Assembly (NCBI GenBank): GCA_032718475.1 | Contig: JAUCBJ010008896.1 | Span: 186,001 to 250,000, forward strand | Source of the DNA: Nemertoderma westbladi | Lineage: Eukaryota > Animalia > Xenacoelomorpha | Length of the DNA stretch: 64,000 nucleotides | Direction: 5' to 3' | Part shown: positions 38,743-53,511 of the stretch, piece by piece | Layout of the letters: each line of letters begins with the position of its first letter | Position numbering within the stretch: position 1 is the stretch's first letter | Notes under the pieces: generated by a model | The model's database searches: none | The model's input: only the letters and a program-made list of their open reading frames with translations | Told to the model about the DNA's origin: nothing | Position numbers and translations under genes: made by a program

Positions 38743-40265
38743 TGTGATGATGCGATTCTCCGCACCCTAGTATAAATTGTTATGTAATTATTATTGGTGT
38801 ATAAATTGTATGTACTTGGCGATTAATAATTGGTGCAGCCATGTATATTGTATTATTGTTCCTATTGTATTGCATATTTCATCTGCTGTAGTACAATCTA
38901 TTCAACTCGCGTCCCTATCTGATTGATTTATGTCAAATTAAATTGCCTTTGGCAACATTATTTGATACAAATCGATTGATTAAACAATTAATTAATTGTT
39001 TAATCGACCAATTAATTAATTGTTTAATTAATTAATGACCTACTTAACACCCAAGGTGTGAAGTTGGACCAAACTGTCGCCGAGGATGGCAAACCATTAC
39101 TACTTATAGGGTATCTCGTCTTCTCATTGTGCAGCCACCCAAGCACTACCATGGCAGTAGTGTGTCTCCACTATGTTGGGTATAGTTTCCATCAAGTAGG
39201 CTGTGGCTCTTACTCCTAATCTTGCAGCTTATATGCTTTCTTAAGTATCTGTTTCCCCTTGACTAACAGTGGGGATGCTAGGCCTAAGGGATCGTATATC
39301 ATGCTATGTACAATACATAGCCCCTCTTTGTGTGGATCTCCGTGCCCTCCTGGCTCAGTTGGTACTGGAACTCGTCTGTCTCCCGGTTCCACACGATCCC
39401 CAGCGCCTTCTGCTGAGACTCCACTCTCTTGTCCACCATGTCCTGTCCCTTGGCTGTCATGGGGTTGTCCATGGTCGACTCTGGCTGCCTGTCCTCTATG
39501 GCTTTCATAAACTCCTCTGAGCTGGACTGAAACTTGGTCAGGTTAAATCCGGATCCTTTCAGGATGTCGCGAACCTCGCGCCCTGTAATAATTTCTTTAA
39601 CCGTATTTCCAGATTCCATCCCGTCGTCTACATAGAAGCCGCGTCGAATAATATCGATCGCTTTGAGCAGGGGGGCCCATATCGAGCGGGGCCCAAAACA
39701 TAAATTACCCTTTCAGGAAAATACGTGGGCCAGTTTGGCCCTTTCTCAGTCCCCGAATAATCTGAGGAGCAAGACTAATCCCTTTGAATCTTGTATGTCA
39801 ACGGTAGGTGGGGATTGCGCGAATTGTAAATTATTTAAACCTCCAGCTTCGTTATTATGTAAGATTGGAAACCTTAGGTTTACATCTTACGCGCCAGCAT
39901 TAACCCCAAATCACACATAGGCCAACTACAACCTTGGGCCATATGAGGTTAGCTGAATGTGTGACACACTATTACCACTACTGTATCACTACTATAAACC
40001 CTATTACAGTACCAGAGCTACTGTAGTAGAGCTTGAAACTTTTTGAAGTAGGTTAGATCATGGAAGTTATGAATATGTTATGATTGATTAAGTTACGAGG
40101 TGGAGTGGGAAGGACTCTTATTGGTTAATAAAAGTCTTTAAGTTCATTACAATTTTCCTCACCCATTATTATATTTAATTAAGATGTTTATAACTTTTTA
40201 TTCTTTTTGATAGTAATTCTTATCCTGCTTATTATTTTTATAAATATTTTCTGATTCACTTGAAA

Positions 40266-40587
40266 ATGGACGGGTTTATTGTTGATTTTCAATACCATGT
40301 ACTCAACGACTCATTTTATTCCGTAATATTTAAAGAATTTATGGTTTATGATTGAAGATTGATTGAAGAATGAACTTAGAATAACTGCGCAACTACTGGA
40401 AATATTTGGAATAAATAAGAAATTCATTAACCCTAAAGCAGATTGTCATTTCCACATTAATGCTAACTGTCCTTTTCACATTGACACTAGGGATGGTTGT
40501 ATGAATTATTGTTCTGTCAAGCTAACTGTAGGGTTTGCAAATTATATTCTTAGATGGAAGGTGGATTCTTTTCTACAAAGAGTATAG
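40266..40587 (+). pseudogene. DEDD/Maelstrom-like small ORF (disrupted)
   Basis: MDGFIVDFQYHVLNDSFYSVIFKEFMVYD* then, in another frame, CPFHIDTRDGCMNYCSVKLTVGFANYI. Homologous N-terminus at 61260 on minus. Confidence 0.45.
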
Positions 40588-40930
40588 GATAAAGCTCTAT
40601 TATTGTGAGGGCATCAAGGCATCAACTTAGTACCGCACCTCACTCCCTAATAAGGGAGTGAGGCAAGTCTCTTGTCATGTTTGCCTAACTTTGTGCCTCA
40701 CTATACCATGCACAAACCTCACTTAATAAGCGATAACCTCCCATATATAAATTTCAATTATTAACATTAATCTTTAAACATTAAATTTGAACTATTAATA
40801 ATGTTCCATCTTCTGATATATATTTACTGAGATTTATATTTGTAAGTGAATCCCTAGCTAAACAAACTGAAAATTTTGAAAAAATATAGCTGTAGACATT
40901 TAAAAACATAATACAGTTTTCTTTCATAAA

Positions 40931-41575
40931 ATGCCTAGCTATGAAAAATGCATGGTTTGTGATAAAGAATTGAGACGAGACAATATATCCCGCCATATGA
41001 GTATACATAGAAAGGAAGGTGTAATGGAACCTTCTCCAAAGAAATTAAAAAATAATGATGATATTTTTAGTGAAGATGAGAACAAAAAGAGAGTTGAGAG
41101 TGACTTTCTAGAGATTAAATAAATGATGAAATATAAATTTGAGAAAATCATGAATATTTTGAAAAATATACAGAAACAGCCACCTAGTGAAAAGGATGAT
41201 GAGAGTGAGGAAGATGATAAATCAGAGGAAAGTGAAAAGGTTGAGAATGATGAAACAGAGAGTGAGATAGAGGAAGAAGAAAATGAGAGTGGTGATGAAC
41301 AAAATGAGAGCGAGAAAGAAGTCGAGGAACATGAAAGTGGGGAGGAGAATGATGAGGAGATATTAAGACATGTATTAGGAATTAAAAATAAATTGCAGAA
41401 AATAATTAGACAATTGAATGAAATGCAGAAACATTCGCATAAGGAGAGTGATAATGATGGAAATGAGAGTGATGAGGATGAATTGGAGGAGAGTAATGCT
41501 GGTAGTGTAGAAGAAGCTGAGGAGAGTAGCGACGGCAGTGAGGAAGAATCAGAGGAGAATGACAATGAAAATTGA
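40931..41575 (+). pseudogene. C2H2 zinc finger + acidic protein (one internal stop)
   Basis: MPSYEKCMVCDKELRRDNISRHMSIH, an NLS-like PSPKKLK, an in-frame TAA at 41120-22, Glu/Asp tracts and EILRHVLGIKNKL. Confidence 0.7.
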
Positions 41576-41866
41576 CAGAAAATCAGAGTAGGGAATGGAA
41601 AAGTTATATCTCCAGTAACTGTTGTATACCGGCCTAGGAGTATGAACAGTCATACAGTTAATGCGAGACATTAATTATAACTGATTGTTTGAAATATTTA
41701 TTATATTTAGTCGTATTAATTATGTAATTTCATAATAATATGTTTAATTAGACAAATAAAGTCAACTTGATCCTATTTTAAATGCATAATGAATGGGTAA
41801 CCAAAACATCAAATTAGTTAACAAGACAGATTTTGACAACAGATAAACAAATATTCTCCTGTGGGG

Positions 41867-43976
41867 ATTGATTGATTGATTGTTTATTGTCAGCACAGTA
41901 ATACATTTATATACATTATTACACCAATAAAAACATAATACAAGATAAGATCAATGTAGTGCAGACCGTGGGTAAAATAAATAATTATACATTCGAATAT
42001 AGGCCGTGTGAGACTGATAAGTACGTACATAGTAGATTATGTCATTAAAATAGCACAATAAGTTAATAAGGGAGGATATATAAATAAATAATTAATCCAC
42101 AAATAACTAGCGCCTCGTGAGTGTCCTTCAAAAATTACAATAGATCAATAAATTATCGAAGCGTAAAATTCAATAATCATTCCCCATTTGGTAAATCATT
42201 TTTGCTACATTTATTTGGTCGTCCATGTCAAATAGGGTGGTCAGATCGTTCCAGTTACCTTTAACCGATAATCTAGATTCCGCCGTTTTTGGGCACACGG
42301 TGATGATGTGTTCCTCCGTCTGAACTGCTCCACATCCACACATTCGATTATCCGGTTTTACTCTCGCCCATCTCATTTTTTCGACTGGAAAGTTATGGCT
42401 CCCCAGACGAAACCGGGACCACGCGATTCGGTGACGTTCTGGAACGTTACAGTTGTTGTAAAGAGGTGGCGGTGACAATGTCGGATTCATCAACTTGTAG
42501 AGATGCCGTTTCGTGGTCTTAGATTTAGAGACACGGTCTTTAAGTAATTCGTTTTGTTTTCTAATGTAGTTCAATGGAATTGATTTAGAGCGTTCCATTT
42601 CAGAATACATCGGAGTGTTATTTTCTCTAGCGATTTCCAGAGCAGTTTGTAAGGGAGAATCATCGACTGGTTTAAATTTTATGAGATACTTCCTCTGTTT
42701 ATCGCGAATTAGGGACTCAAATTCTGGGAGGTCGAGTTCGATTAGGCATAATTCCCCGCATGTGGTTGGTCGTACACCTAATAATAAACGAACCAAGGAC
42801 ATATATATTTTAGATATAGGTGCTAGGGATCCGCCGAACCATGTTTCACAGCCATATGTGATTGAGGATAAAACAGCTGCTTCGAATACTTTCCGTTTTA
42901 TAACAAATGGGAGATCGGGGTTTTTACTGATAAAAGTAGAGAACTTGAGAAGATGGCACTGTTTCTCGGAGGCGTGTAGTGCGATCGCTGTTGAGATTGC
43001 ACCATCAGCCGAAATTGGCGAGCCCAGGTAAGTGTAGGAATCCGTGTGTTCGATTTGTTTGTCTCCGATGGAAAATGCACGCTTGTCACAGTCGTTTCCA
43101 TTTATAACTATAAATTTAGTTTTTTTGATATTTATAATCATCCCAGACTGGGAGCAAAAGACTTTCAGAACGTTTAATTTCTCAATTATTTTATCTCTGG
43201 TTGTACCGAGTATGGCTGTGTCATCCATCAGTAAAATGCTATGAAGCTTTTTCAACCAATCGTCCCATGGTAAATTTCGTAGTGCTCGTACAAAAAAATC
43301 TATTACAATTACAAATAGGAAACCGCTTCCTGGGGAACCCTGACGGACTCCTTTGTTACAAATTACACGAAGATTGTTAATATTGGCAATAGTTAACTTG
43401 TACATCGCTTGGAGGCAGCTGAGCATCTTATTACCACATCCTAAACTTTTTAATGTTTGGAACATGAAGGTCCTCTTGACGTTGTCGTATGCTTTCTCGT
43501 AGTCCACGAATGTAATATAGAGGATTTTCTTATACACTTTGGCATAATCACACAGGATACGAATAGCTAGGATCTGTTCAATGCAACCACGCCCTTTACT
43601 TGCCCCAGCCTGTTCTGGGAGCGGTTTATACCATGAATGGAGTCTAACAGTGAGCACCGTGTCAAAAAGCTTTGGTAAGCAGTTCATTATACTGATGCCT
43701 CTGTAATTAGTTGGTAAGAAACGGCAGCCCTTTTTGAAAATAGATATCAGTGTAGCGTGGGCCCACATTACTGGGTAGATTCCTGAATTAAAAACTAAAT
43801 TAAATAGCAGAGATATAGAAATTAACCAATTAAGTGGGAGCGCTTTGATGTAATCTGCAGAGAAGACCATCTGGCCCTGAAGCCTTACGTGAACTCAATT
43901 TTGAAGCAGCAGCTGCAACTTCGTTAATTGATATCTCTTCATCTAATAGTGGTATTGACAAATTTGTTGTAATGTT
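41867..43976 (-). mobile_element. 5'-truncated LINE with (TCAA)n tail, inserted in element C
   Basis: RT ORF at 42170-43870 (NYRGIS, FVDYEKAYD, GVRQGSP, LLMDD, YTYLG, C-terminal CGCG..TEEH..C). Tail GACAATAAACAATCAATC at 41867-41890. Confidence 0.9.
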
Positions 43977-43989
43977 GTGAGGGAGAAGT

Positions 43990-47450
<3,461 letters not shown>

Positions 47451-48525
47451 TATTAAAACACTTCTTATTAGTGAATGTTTTCGCCCTAACCGGGCTACTT
47501 CAGACTATAATGCAGTATTAGGAATGTATATAGTTAAAATTATTGCATCCCACCACCAAATCAATATTCCCTCTCTTTTATAATATTGGGTTCTGTCATA
47601 AACTAATAAGGGTACGTAAATAGCATAAATGGAGAGAAATAGAAATATATATACAGTAGTTTAACTAGAACTATCATTATTAAATAAGGAACAGAAACAT
47701 CATTAAATGAAAATAAAGTAAATACCAGATATAGACTAGTTAGTTAGGTTATACAGTAGGCTTTAGAGATAGCATGGTTACTTCCAACGTATTGTGCACA
47801 AATACAAAACAGAAACCTCCGGATGGTGAAAAACGCAGAGTACAACGGCATTAATAGTAATAGATCTATGCGCAAATAGACAAAAACACAATAAAAATAT
47901 ACTTATAATGTGTACAGTAGGGTGAGAAAACGGTTTATGGTAAGGTTATTAAATGTCAAAAAATTGAAAAATTAATTCAATGATACAGTATATATTGTCC
48001 AATTGGATTGACAACCAAAAATATAGAATACAATAAACAAATTATAAGACAGCATGATACACTACCTACTAATTGTTGGTGCTGGCGTACATAGCAGACT
48101 CAATATTCACAAAGAGAACTATAATCAGTACAGTGATTTACTGAGGTACCATTGACAGTTAAAATTTCGCGGTCTGAGGAACGCCATGTAAAACAAAAAA
48201 ATTAATATTTTTTACATTAATGCACATCCCTGAACTATCACAAAAATACAAAGACAATAATAATAGTGCGGTTTATACGTTGTGGTAAAAGGCAAATATC
48301 GAAATCGAGAAATGTTACCCTTACAACAAAAAGCAAGTATCGAAATATAATGTGTATCGAAATCCCATTATACTGTTAGTGTGTTGTACAAACAATCCTT
48401 ATGGCGAAAGGTTAATATTGAAGACGAAATATATAATGTGTTTAAGGGTATATGCGCTATACAGTACACGGTATTAAATAGGGTTTAGAATAATAGGGTC
48501 TAATCAATCCATTCCAAACTAATGA

Positions 48526-48789
48526 TCAGCCCCACACCTCTTCTCCCCATGCCGCTGGCCGTTTAATCTCTTCTTCTTTCGAATTTTCGAAAAGGGAACT
48601 CCTATTCCTATACTCGCAATATTTTATGTGGTGTTCCCTTTCGGCTTCTCTGAAGCTGTGTGCATTTTCAAATGGGCATTGTACCATTTTTTTGCTAGGA
48701 AAGTTCTTCCGACACTTTCTTATATGTTTCACATATTTCTCTGAAAGAATCCTATGTGTGGCATCGTATGGGCATATAAGATAATCCAT
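48526..48789 (-). CDS. GTSF1-like: GTSF1/Asterix-like protein, copy 2 (element C)
   Basis: CPYDATH..HIRKC and CPFENAH..HIKYC fingers; tail PAAWGEEVWG; intact 87-aa ORF. Confidence 0.92.
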   Translation of the reverse strand: MDYLICPYDATHRILSEKYVKHIRKCRKNFPSKKMVQCPFENAHSFREAEREHHIKYCEYRNRSSLFENSKEEEIKRPAAWGEEVWG

Positions 48790-49202
48790 AGTGCCAAAAA
48801 GAGAAATTTAATAGGATTTAATTTAAAAGAAAACTTTGTTTTGGAAAACTTAACTTTAACGTTTTTTAGAGATAATGATTTAACTTGATATGATTTTTAT
48901 TTATATAGAAAGGTCCACCTTAACATTTCAAACAAGGCCGTAGTTTTTGGCATGGCATGCGTGAGGGATTAAGCAGTACATAAAACTGCGGTAGTAGAGG
49001 CGGTTGAGGATTAATTTAATGGAGACAACATATCAAATATGTCTGTCCTTCCCATTGTCCCTATAGCTCGCATTAGCTCTATTGCTCCCAAAACTACAAT
49101 AAATTGCATTAATTAATAAAGATTTTAATAATAATATTTTTACAGTACTAAACCAAACCAAAACAAAACAAACTAAACTAAACCAAACCTAGTCCATCAG
49201 TC

Positions 49203-49535
49203 TCAATCCCAAGCTTCTTCTCTCCATTCCGTCGGCCATTCGCATTGTTCTTGTTCTTGTTGTACTTTTCCCTCATTCTCTCCATATTGATTCTTTAACT
49301 CTTTCTCAATTCTGAACTCATGAGCTTGCCAACATAGTGGTAACCCATTCCTATAATGACAATTCTTTATGTGAAACTCCTTTTCTTCTTTTGGAAAACT
49401 GTGCACTGGATCGTTGGGGCACTCTTTGACAAACTCAACCCCCGGCTTTCTACATATTATTAGATGCCTAAGCACTCGAGCATCGGCGACTCTGTGGGAA
49501 GGGTTGTAAGGACATATTTGATATGTCACCTCCAT
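49203..49535 (-). CDS. GTSF1-like: GTSF1/Asterix-like protein, copy 3 (divergent; element C)
   Basis: CPYNPSH..HLIIC and CPNDPVH..HIKNC fingers; tail CEWPTEWREEAWD; intact 110-aa ORF. Confidence 0.9.
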   Translation of the reverse strand: MEVTYQICPYNPSHRVADARVLRHLIICRKPGVEFVKECPNDPVHSFPKEEKEFHIKNCHYRNGLPLCWQAHEFRIEKELKNQYGENEGKVQQEQEQCEWPTEWREEAWD

Positions 49536-49954
49536 TGTTAGTTTCTATATTTAAGAATAACGTGTTGTAGAATAAGAATAAGAATAAGATTTTACTAGGA
49601 ATATTAAGAAGTTTTACTAAGGCAGTAAAAACAATTAAGATTTAACTTTACGTGATTTTTATTTATATAGAAAAATCCACCTTAACATTTAGCACACCAC
49701 AAACAAGGCCGTAGTTTTAGGTATGGTATGGCAAGCACTAGGGATTATGCATTACTTCAAACATAAAACTACAGTATCTAGTATAGAGATGGTTGGGGAT
49801 TATTTTAACATATGGTTTTTTGGGTAGGGCTAATACTTGGAGCGTGCGATCATGCGTGCAGGATGCTTCATAAAGTACAATGTGAAAGAATTCAATCTAT
49901 TGCAAACCAGATGTTTATTGTAATTTTCTCAGACGATTTGACAATGGTCTACAT

Positions 49955-50486
49955 GATAACGAAGCTGGAGGTTTGAATAATTTAAAATTCGTGGCAGCCC
50001 CATGTTGGCATACAGTATAACTCAACATAGGATTCAATGGGATTAGTCATGCTACGTCTAATAAGAGCCCAAACAGTCTCAGATTATTGGGGGACTGAGC
50101 CAAGGCCAAACTGGCCCACATATTTTCCTGAAACGGTAATTTATGTTTTTGGCCCCGCTCGCATCTTTATATTTCATTCTATCATTCTATTGTACGAAAA
50201 AAATAATACAAATGTACTGTATATTGTATTGTATGGTACCTATTGTATTGTATATTTTATCTACTGTACCTACTGTAGTACTACTATCTATTCATTGCGC
50301 GTCCCATGTCTGATTGATTTGTGTCAAATTAAATTGCCTTTGACAACATTATTTGATTCAAATCGATCGATTAAACAATTAATTAATTGTTTAATCGACC
50401 AATTAATTAATTAATTAATGACCTACTTAACACCTAAGGTGTGAAGTTGGTCCAACTGTCGCAGAAAAGGGGTAACCATTACTACT
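49955..50486. repeat. Right terminal inverted repeat of element C
   Basis: Inverse of 28964-29036 and ~39680-39860; ends ...CCATTACTACT. Inner boundary approximate. Confidence 0.8.
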
Positions 50487-51864
50487 CAGTACTATTTGGA
50501 TAATGACAGCCCAATTTATATTTGTTTTATAGACTCTTCTAAAGCCTTCGACTTAGTTAATCACTATGAATTATTCTCTAAATTAGTTGATCGCAATATT
50601 TCTACTTTTCATATTAGGATTATCAGGTATTGGTATCGTTTTCAAACTCTTACTTTACTTTGGGGCAGGTGCACTTCTAGTAGTTTTACGGTAACAAACG
50701 GGACAAAACAAGGGGGGATTCTATCTGGTTATCTGTATGCTGTTTACGTAGACGACCTTAGTAGGGAACTTAACAATACTAATGTAGGTTGTCAACTTAA
50801 TAACCGTAGGTGTAAGTAATCACTTAATGTACACTGATGACCTGTCTTTAGTTTCTAATTCCATAGCTGGTCTTAGAAAACTTATTGATACTTACATAGA
50901 CTTTGCAGATAGGCACTCCATCATTATAAATATTAAGAAATCTAAGTTCATGACCTATACACCAAAATTATACAATTTATATATATATATATAGCCTTGT
51001 AGATGGTATCAGTATTTAATGGTAAATCAATAGAAACTGTAAGTAAATACAAGTACTTAGGCCATACTTTCCACAACACAACTGATGACAATTATAATAT
51101 CCTTAACCAACTGTCAAGTCTTTATAGAAGAGGAAACTTTTTAATACGTAAATTTAGCTATTGCTCAAAAATTGTCAACATAAAACTTTTCAGGTCACTT
51201 TGCACTCAGATCTACTGTAACTCCCTATGGGCGAGAAGTAATTTTTCACTCTCCATATATAGTAAATTCCGCATTGCATATAATAATATTATTAGAAAAC
51301 TTTTTGGTTTTAGTTACGATTCCAGCGTATCTTACATGTGTGGTATACTGAATGTACCCAAATTAGTACATATCTGTCACAATGCGCAGAAATCATTATT
51401 GAGATGCATGAGATCATCAGAGAATAGCCTTGTACAGTCAGTTGCCTTAGAAACGCTTCAAACGAGTCACATATTTGGTATAAGTCTGTGCAGGGAATAA
51501 TTTGCTTACAGTTCTTATATTGTTATGTGTTATGTTATAGTTATTTTATTGTCCTTTGTTCTAATATTATATATTTTCCATAATTATACCTATTATACCC
51601 TCTATATTTATTATATTATATACTTACACCCTTTTAGTATAAATTTCTAGTATAAATAATACTTAACATTTGCATTTATTTTTATTTTTTTTTTTTGTCC
51701 TTGCTCGGATATTTTCTTGTTTCCCTTCCGTTGTAATTATTACCTATTATATTATATTATAATTATTATGTTATAATTATACTACAAATATTATTATCTA
51801 GCCACTGGGATTTTACTGTACTATATGGGCTATGTATGCCTGGATTAAAGATTAATAATAATAA

Positions 51865-53175
51865 TAAACATTTAGAGAATGCAATTCCAGAAGAACTAAT
51901 CAAGTACTTGGTAGATTTAGACATTGACGGATCTACTGGATATTTCTTAATATGTGATTTAAGATACCCCAAAGCTATTCACAATCAAACATTAGAATTA
52001 CTGTTAGCACCTGAGCATTTAAGTATAAACGAGTCAATGCTTTCACCATATATGAGAGAACAATTTAATAACTTATCTAAACAAAGAGGTACTAATAACA
52101 AATATAAGATATGTACACCAAAACTCATGCTGACACAATTTGATAAAGAATTTTATCATTTACATTTGAAACTCTTAAATTCGATATAAAACAAGGATTA
52201 ATTGTTACTAAGCTATATAAATTACATTCTTTCCATCAAGAATTTGTATTTAAAGCTTACATAGATTTTAATATTAATCAAAGACATTTTTAGCAAAAAC
52301 TTACATTGAAACAGCTGTTGCAAAGCTGCTGAATAACAGTCTCTTTGGAAAAACAATAGAAAAAATAATGGATCGATATAATTTCTGTATTGCCAATAGC
52401 AATGATAAATGCGATCAATTGATCAAACGTATTAATCATGAAAAATGTATAATATATAATAATACATTATCAGGTCATTTATTAGGAAAAGATAGTGTGA
52501 CACTTGATAAGCCTATTTTTATTGGTAGCATGGTGTTGGATTTAGTCAACATAGTCAGTTTGGATATAGGATGAGCTTTACTACGATAGATTACTTCCAA
52601 TAGAGAAAGAATTAAACTGTTGAATAAAGCTTGTTGCATCAGATAGACTCTTTAATAGGTTGTTATTATAATACATCGCAGAGAAATTTTTTAAAAGCAT
52701 TAATTAAAAATAATATTTTAGATACCTCCAATTACCCTATAGATCACCTGATAAAAATAAATCAAAACTTTATTACTGTAAAGATGAACTAGCCTCACGC
52801 GAAATTAAACAAACAGTATTTTTAAGCCAAAGTTATATTCAATTTTGGAATGGAATAATATAAATATTCGCCGAGCAAAAGGTATAACAAGAGCTGTTGT
52901 GGAAACGAATATTACTCATAAAGAATATTTAAACGCATATAACACAAATGAAGAAATAAAAAAAAATACACAGATTTCAATCTAAATTACATCATATTTA
53001 TACTTTAAAGCAAAATAAATTTGAACTCAGTAGCTTTGATGATAAACTTTATTGGCTTAATAAAAATCAATCACTTCCTTGGGGGCACTATAAAACAAAG
53101 CTTAAAAAACCTATAAAAAAATCAAATATACCAATTTATGAAGAACCAGAGGATGAATTATCAAATAATGAATAA
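51865..53175 (+). pseudogene. Protein-primed family B DNA polymerase, 3' part
   Basis: GYFLICDLRYP..H...LAPE; KLLNNSLFGKT (motif B); LDKPIFIGSMVLDL; degenerate motif C near 52640; DTSNYP; KDE; RAKGI; LSSFDDK...LPWGHY. Confidence 0.88.
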
Positions 53176-53511
53176 AAATATAAGTTGTAAGCAGATCATT
53201 TATGGACTTAATTTAAAAGAATTAAAAAATCAATTGCCAGGTAAAATTATACTCAAACCGAATCAGTTTATATATAAGGTATTTGGACCGTAATCTATAG
53301 GTTACTTATAAACAATATCGGGTTTTATGTTATATTTGATAATGTCAAACTAGAAATTTCATACGAGCCAGAAATATTCAATAACTGTAAAGTCAGAATA
53401 AATAATACTGTTGTTGTTTGCTGTTTTTATACCGGTAAATGTACATTAATGTGTTCACCTTCTAATTTTCATATATATTATATATTATACTAGATTATAC
53501 TAACTATATTA
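53168..53511 (+). pseudogene. TBP-fold (TATA-binding protein-like) ORF, disrupted
   Basis: The ATG overlaps the end of pPolB. Reads NISC..IYGLNLKELK...KPNQF and ISYEPEIFNNCKVRINNTVVVCCFYTGKCTLM, compared with the TBP motif SYEPELF...IF.SGK. Confidence 0.6.

Larger units (their letters stand above)
35348..39104. mobile_element. Second Polinton-type element E (right TIR present, left end lost), inserted in BEL pol
   Basis: ~38840-39104 is a diverged copy of C's right TIR, ending CCATTACTACT and abutting BEL RT sequence. Shares the GTSF1-like and C2H2-acidic genes with C. Confidence 0.8.
29037..39661 (-). mobile_element. BEL/Pao LTR retrotransposon D (5' half deleted; interrupted by element E)
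   Basis: RT piece RRGFYVDD...GFNLTKFQSS...ALGIVW at 39105-39661, integrase at 34008-35344, an extra ORF region, PPT and 3' LTR. Confidence 0.85.
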
